Virus record (IMG/VR): IMGVR_UViG_3300020044_002757
Coordinates: 1-37,567 of that record
Source: a virus
Lineage: Duplodnaviria; Caudoviricetes
DNA: 37,567 bases
Direction: 5' to 3' (one strand)
Shown: positions 33,986 through 37,567 of the stretch, in pieces
Numbering within the stretch: position 1 is the stretch's first letter
How the letters are laid out: each line of letters starts with the position of its first letter
Notes under the pieces: generated by a model
The model's database searches: none
What the model saw: the letters and a program-made list of their open reading frames with translations, nothing else
Told to the model about the DNA's origin: nothing
Made by a program: the position numbers and the translations under genes

Positions 33986-34568
33986 ACGTTTTGTTGCAGG
34001 TACTGACAAATACTTTGACATATATGAATGTATTGTTGATGAAGTAGATGCGTATACTTCTGATTCAGGTAAGTCAATGATCAAAATACTTATTGAAGGT
34101 ATCGAGTATTCAGGTCTACATAACAAATGGGTATACGAATACCTATGCGCTAATGAAGGCTCTGCATCATTCGTAGTACTATGGCGAGCACCTAAGGGTA
34201 AACCTATGGTAGCTTATGTAAAAGAAATCTGGCAAGACTATATCAATGGGGTATCCGATGGAGATGTGTCCAGTGAATCTGACGCTTATAGCGCAAGCGG
34301 TGAGTCATTTGTGTATCTTTGGATCAATAAAGACACAGATAGAAAATATGTCGGAAAGCACAAAGGAACAGCAGATGATGGATATATCTGCAGTTCTGAA
34401 CAGATGCTTGAAGAATACAACGATTGTCCATCACGGTTCGTAAGAACTATCCTTGCATATGGGTCTGATCAAGAAATGCTTGAACTAGAAACAATGTTAT
34501 TGTTACAATTAAGATCAAGTAAGTCACATATGTACTATAATTTGAGTAATAATCTAAGGAAAGACTAA
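33963..34568 (+). CDS. Two-domain protein with C-terminal GIY-YIG-like nuclease domain
   Basis: FVYLWINKDTDRKYVGKH...DGYICSS...E...YYN. Confidence 0.7.
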   Translation: MNLIKTVKRFVAGTDKYFDIYECIVDEVDAYTSDSGKSMIKILIEGIEYSGLHNKWVYEYLCANEGSASFVVLWRAPKGKPMVAYVKEIWQDYINGVSDGDVSSESDAYSASGESFVYLWINKDTDRKYVGKHKGTADDGYICSSEQMLEEYNDCPSRFVRTILAYGSDQEMLELETMLLLQLRSSKSHMYYNLSNNLRKD

Positions 34569-34804
34569 TGTCTTATAACTTCAATCAAATAATTAATACT
34601 CGTAACTTTCAAATCTGGATTGATTTAGATGAGAAATATGGTTACTTTGAACACAAACTATTAGGTGATAACTGTGGTGGTGGTTTGTGGTTTGATGAAT
34701 GTATGTTCTTAATTGACTATGATGGTGTATATGAATTACCCGGAGAAGTTATCAGAACATTAAGTAGCTATAGTTACATTGATGCTGAAGAATTTCAACC
34801 TTAA
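34568..34804 (+). CDS. Conserved phage hypothetical protein
   Basis: YGYFEH..LGD..GGGLWF...DYDGVYELP. Confidence 0.75.
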   Translation: MSYNFNQIINTRNFQIWIDLDEKYGYFEHKLLGDNCGGGLWFDECMFLIDYDGVYELPGEVIRTLSSYSYIDAEEFQP

Positions 34805-34809
34805 ACCGC

Positions 34810-34826
34810 AGTTGTCCCCTAATAGG
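34810..34826 (+). promoter_or_regulatory. Putative phage promoter, second class, upstream of the MazG/dCMP deaminase/polymerase block
   Basis: AGTTGTCCCCTAATAGG, identical to 27927-27943. Confidence 0.7.
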
Positions 34827-34833
34827 AACCCAA

Positions 34834-34983
34834 ATGAAAAAGACAATCGTAACAGTCGTCATCGAGTTCGATGGTGAATTGGAGCAAGACATGGCATACA
34901 TGGCTGTTGATCAAATGATAGAACCAGGACTTAACAGTCAGGAGAAATATAGCGTGGTAGATTTCAATGTCATTGAAGAATAA
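34834..34983 (+). CDS. Small acidic hypothetical protein (49 aa)
   Basis: Not in the ORF track. AGGA RBS; MKKTIVTVVIEFDGELEQD... Confidence 0.65.
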   Translation: MKKTIVTVVIEFDGELEQDMAYMAVDQMIEPGLNSQEKYSVVDFNVIEE

Positions 34984-35242
34984 TTTAATAGCACGTATTA
35001 CTCAGGAAGAATGCGCTGAAGTAATACAGGCTATTTCAAAGGCATTAAGATTTGGTATTAACCATGAATCACCTGTAACAAACATAACTAATGCTGCTCA
35101 TCTTGAAGAAGAGATGGGTCAGCTAATAGCTATGATGCAGTTACTTGCTGATGATTGGAAATTAAATCGTGATAATGTAACATTAGCTTATGAAAAGAAA
35201 AAAGCTAATTACGATTTATGGGATAAAATGTATGCTGATTGA
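34967..35242 (+). CDS. MazG-like NTP pyrophosphohydrolase
   Basis: QEECAEVIQAISK..RFG...LEEEMGQL; the usual EExGD Asp is Gln. Confidence 0.75.
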   Translation: MSLKNNLIARITQEECAEVIQAISKALRFGINHESPVTNITNAAHLEEEMGQLIAMMQLLADDWKLNRDNVTLAYEKKKANYDLWDKMYAD

Positions 35243-35429
35243 AGATCATGGTAACATGGTAAGTATGTTACTACTATTACGTCCACCTAAAGACGCTACA
35301 GATATGTGGTTGTTAAGTGAAGTAGCTTTAAAGATACAGGAGTTAGCTAATCAATATGAAAACGCAGAAAGATTGGGATCAGTTTTATCTGAACATAGCC
35401 AAGTTAGTGGCTCAACAAAGCTATGCTGA
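35232..35429 (+). CDS. Hypothetical protein
   Basis: Start set at MLIEDHG; fills the gap. Confidence 0.55.
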   Translation: MLIEDHGNMVSMLLLLRPPKDATDMWLLSEVALKIQELANQYENAERLGSVLSEHSQVSGSTKLC

Positions 35430-35823
35430 AGATCGTAAGGTAGGTGCTGTTATTGTCAAAGATGATAACATCATTTCTTTTTCTTATAACGGAACACCAC
35501 GAGGATGGAACAATGAAACTCAAAATCCTAATGGACAAACTAAATCAATGGTACTACACGCTGAGACTCAAGCTATTGCTAAGCTTTCTAGATCAACCTT
35601 ATCTAGTAATGGGGCTACTCTCTACAGTACCCTTAGTCCTTGTATTGATTGCGCAAAGCTTATATATCAAGTAGGTATTAGAAGATTAGTATACTTAGAC
35701 ACCTATAAGTGTACTGATGGATTAGACTTTCTCAAGGCTAATGATGTATTAGTCAATGAAGAGTATACAACAACAAAGTTAGCCAGTACAGAATGGTTAA
35801 ACAGAACAGGACTCTTATGGTAG
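35356..35823 (+). CDS. dCMP deaminase
   Basis: KVGAVIVK...YNGTPRG...HAE...TLSPCIDCAKLI. Confidence 0.9.
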   Translation: MKTQKDWDQFYLNIAKLVAQQSYAEDRKVGAVIVKDDNIISFSYNGTPRGWNNETQNPNGQTKSMVLHAETQAIAKLSRSTLSSNGATLYSTLSPCIDCAKLIYQVGIRRLVYLDTYKCTDGLDFLKANDVLVNEEYTTTKLASTEWLNRTGLLW

Positions 35824-36002
35824 AAATCTTTTTATTGGTAGCAACTATTATCGTATTAGGAATATATAACTGGAAGTTAACAGATGAATTATATTCTGCA
35901 TACGAACAAATAGATTTAGCTAATGAACTTATCTTAGGTATGGCACATGAGTTACAAGACTATGGTTCACCTAATGTTAAGGTAACTGAAATTGAAAAAT
36001 AA
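35817..36002 (+). CDS. Single-TM hypothetical protein
   Basis: AGGA RBS; N-terminal TM. Confidence 0.65.
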   Translation: MVEIFLLVATIIVLGIYNWKLTDELYSAYEQIDLANELILGMAHELQDYGSPNVKVTEIEK

Positions 36003-36471
36003 ACTATTCCCCGGTATAGAACTAGAGATAGCTTGTTTACCTAACTCGGAACAAGCTATAGCTAAGTTATTCTGGAGTTGTCTTGAAGACTATGTGCTAA
36101 GGTTTAATGCCCCTATTATCATGCACCCTATAAAGATACAGATATGTGCTGTTGAATATCCTTTAGATGGTAATGGTGATATGGGTCTTACTATGTTCAA
36201 CGATGAAGATGGTAGAATCTTAGTGCAAGTTAGAGACCCATTCTTAAATGAATGCGAATACACTGAATACGCTATGACACTATTTATAGCTATAATCTGT
36301 CATGAGATTGTTCATGTATGTCAACATTTAACTGGAAGAAAAGGTTTTAAAATACCTAAAATGAAAATGACTGAAGACATTCGAGAAGAATATTTCTTTG
36401 ACCCTGAAGAGATTGAAGCTAGAGTATTGGAAGCACCCTATACAGCTTACTATGGAACTAATATACCATGA
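35992..36471 (+). CDS. Putative zincin metallopeptidase (HEXXH)
   Basis: CHEIVHVCQ plus Y..DPEEIEAR. Confidence 0.75.
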   Translation: MKNKLFPGIELEIACLPNSEQAIAKLFWSCLEDYVLRFNAPIIMHPIKIQICAVEYPLDGNGDMGLTMFNDEDGRILVQVRDPFLNECEYTEYAMTLFIAIICHEIVHVCQHLTGRKGFKIPKMKMTEDIREEYFFDPEEIEARVLEAPYTAYYGTNIP

Positions 36472-37567
36472 CTGCAAAAACAAGATATGTGTATGACATT
36501 GAAACAGATGGTTTACTCGATACAGTAAGTACTATCTGGCTATTAGTTATTATCAATGCCGATACATATGAACGTAAATGTTATTCAGACTATGATAGTG
36601 AGTTAGAACCTTTATCTAAAGGTCTTGATGAACTTCATAGGGCAGATGTACTCATTGGTCATAACATTATTGGTTATGATAATGTAGTACTCAAACAATT
36701 AACTGGATGGGAACCTAAAGATAGCCAAACAGTTGTTGATACGTGGATACTATCTTTACTCAACCAATATAAGCGAGAACATAAACATGGCTTAGAAGGT
36801 TGGGGTTCTAAATTAGGATTTCCTAAATTAGAATTCAATGAGTTCAGTAAATACAGTAAAGATATGCTGACTTATTGTATACGAGATGTAGAACTTAATG
36901 TTAAAGTTTATAAGGTACTTGCAGAAGAAGCCTTAAAACTAATTAAGACTAACGCTCTATACAAGAAGGGTATCGAGGTTGAAATGGAATTTGCTAAGAT
37001 TGAAGCAGAGATTCAACACAAAGGTTGGATGTTCAATATGGCAGAAGCTCAAACACTTCTAATGAAAATCAATTCTGAAATGGATAGGATTGAAGCTGTA
37101 CTAGAACCTAGAATAGGTATGCGATGTATTAGGTTAGACAAAGAACCTAAAGAACCTGCATGGCGTAAAGATGGTTGCTATACTGTTAATACAGCTAAAC
37201 ACTTTGGATATGAGCTAACTAGAGGTCGTGAAGATAGACCTGTTGCTGGTGCATATACTCGTATTAGCTTTGAACAAGGTAAAGTAGGTAGTCCTGAAGT
37301 AGTTAAAGACTGGTTGTATAGCCTTGGATGGGTTCCAGATGAATGGAATGTGGAGAAAATTAATGGAAAATTTGTTAATAAAAGTCCTAAGATTACCGAG
37401 TCATCTCTTGAACGGCTTGGCCCTGATGCTATGTTGGTTAGTGAATACTATACAATCAGATCAAGGAAAGGTATCTTGGAAGGATGGATTGAAGCTGTTA
37501 AAGGATCCGGTGATAATCGTCTTCACGGTCGTATGTGGACTATTGGCACTCCAACTTTCCGTTGTAG
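36468..37567 (+). CDS. polA: Family A DNA polymerase (T7 gp5-like) with 3'-5' exonuclease domain; truncated by the window end
   Basis: Not in the ORF track. YDIETDGL (ExoI), GHNIIGYD (ExoII), YCIRDV (ExoIII); ends RLHG...GTPTFRC. Confidence 0.92.
   Translation, partial: MTAKTRYVYDIETDGLLDTVSTIWLLVIINADTYERKCYSDYDSELEPLSKGLDELHRADVLIGHNIIGYDNVVLKQLTGWEPKDSQTVVDTWILSLLNQYKREHKHGLEGWGSKLGFPKLEFNEFSKYSKDMLTYCIRDVELNVKVYKVLAEEALKLIKTNALYKKGIEVEMEFAKIEAEIQHKGWMFNMAEAQTLLMKINSEMDRIEAVLEPRIGMRCIRLDKEPKEPAWRKDGCYTVNTAKHFGYELTRGREDRPVAGAYTRISFEQGKVGSPEVVKDWLYSLGWVPDEWNVEKINGKFVNKSPKITESSLERLGPDAMLVSEYYTIRSRKGILEGWIEAVKGSGDNRLHGRMWTIGTPTFRC

Noticed and set aside
1-37567. tRNA genes, integrase/repressor, or stop-codon reassignment
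   Set aside because: No cloverleaf or lysogeny genes recognised by eye; genes tile well under the standard code. tRNAscan-SE would settle the tRNA question.

Overview
This window is about 37.6 kb of a lytic podovirus-type dsDNA phage, apparently read across the genome ends. The left arm (minus strand, 1-23079) is the late region: terminase, portal, scaffold, major capsid protein, adaptor, a large array of small fibre/adhesin genes, a Gram-negative lysis cassette with embedded Rz/Rz1, phoH and a truncated nozzle-like gene. The right arm (plus strand, 23326-37567) holds many small early genes, an SSB-like gene, nucleotide-metabolism genes and a truncated family A DNA polymerase. The two-arm layout and head proteins resemble cobavirus/Zobellviridae-like or SU10-like podoviruses; this is recognition from memory, not a search result. 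Five things stand out. (1) A 151-nt tract with no adenine on the + strand lies at the arm junction, and the A avoidance extends into the codons of the first early genes. (2) A family of covarying two-state hairpins separates the first early genes. (3) A CCCCTAATAG promoter-like motif occurs five times in two sub-classes, two copies converging on an inverted terS-like gene inside the early arm. (4) The fibre region looks like a modular, possibly branched system with four paralogous tip domains. (5) The lysis region includes an EF-hand membrane protein and a probable ATT start codon. All product calls come from motif recognition by eye.
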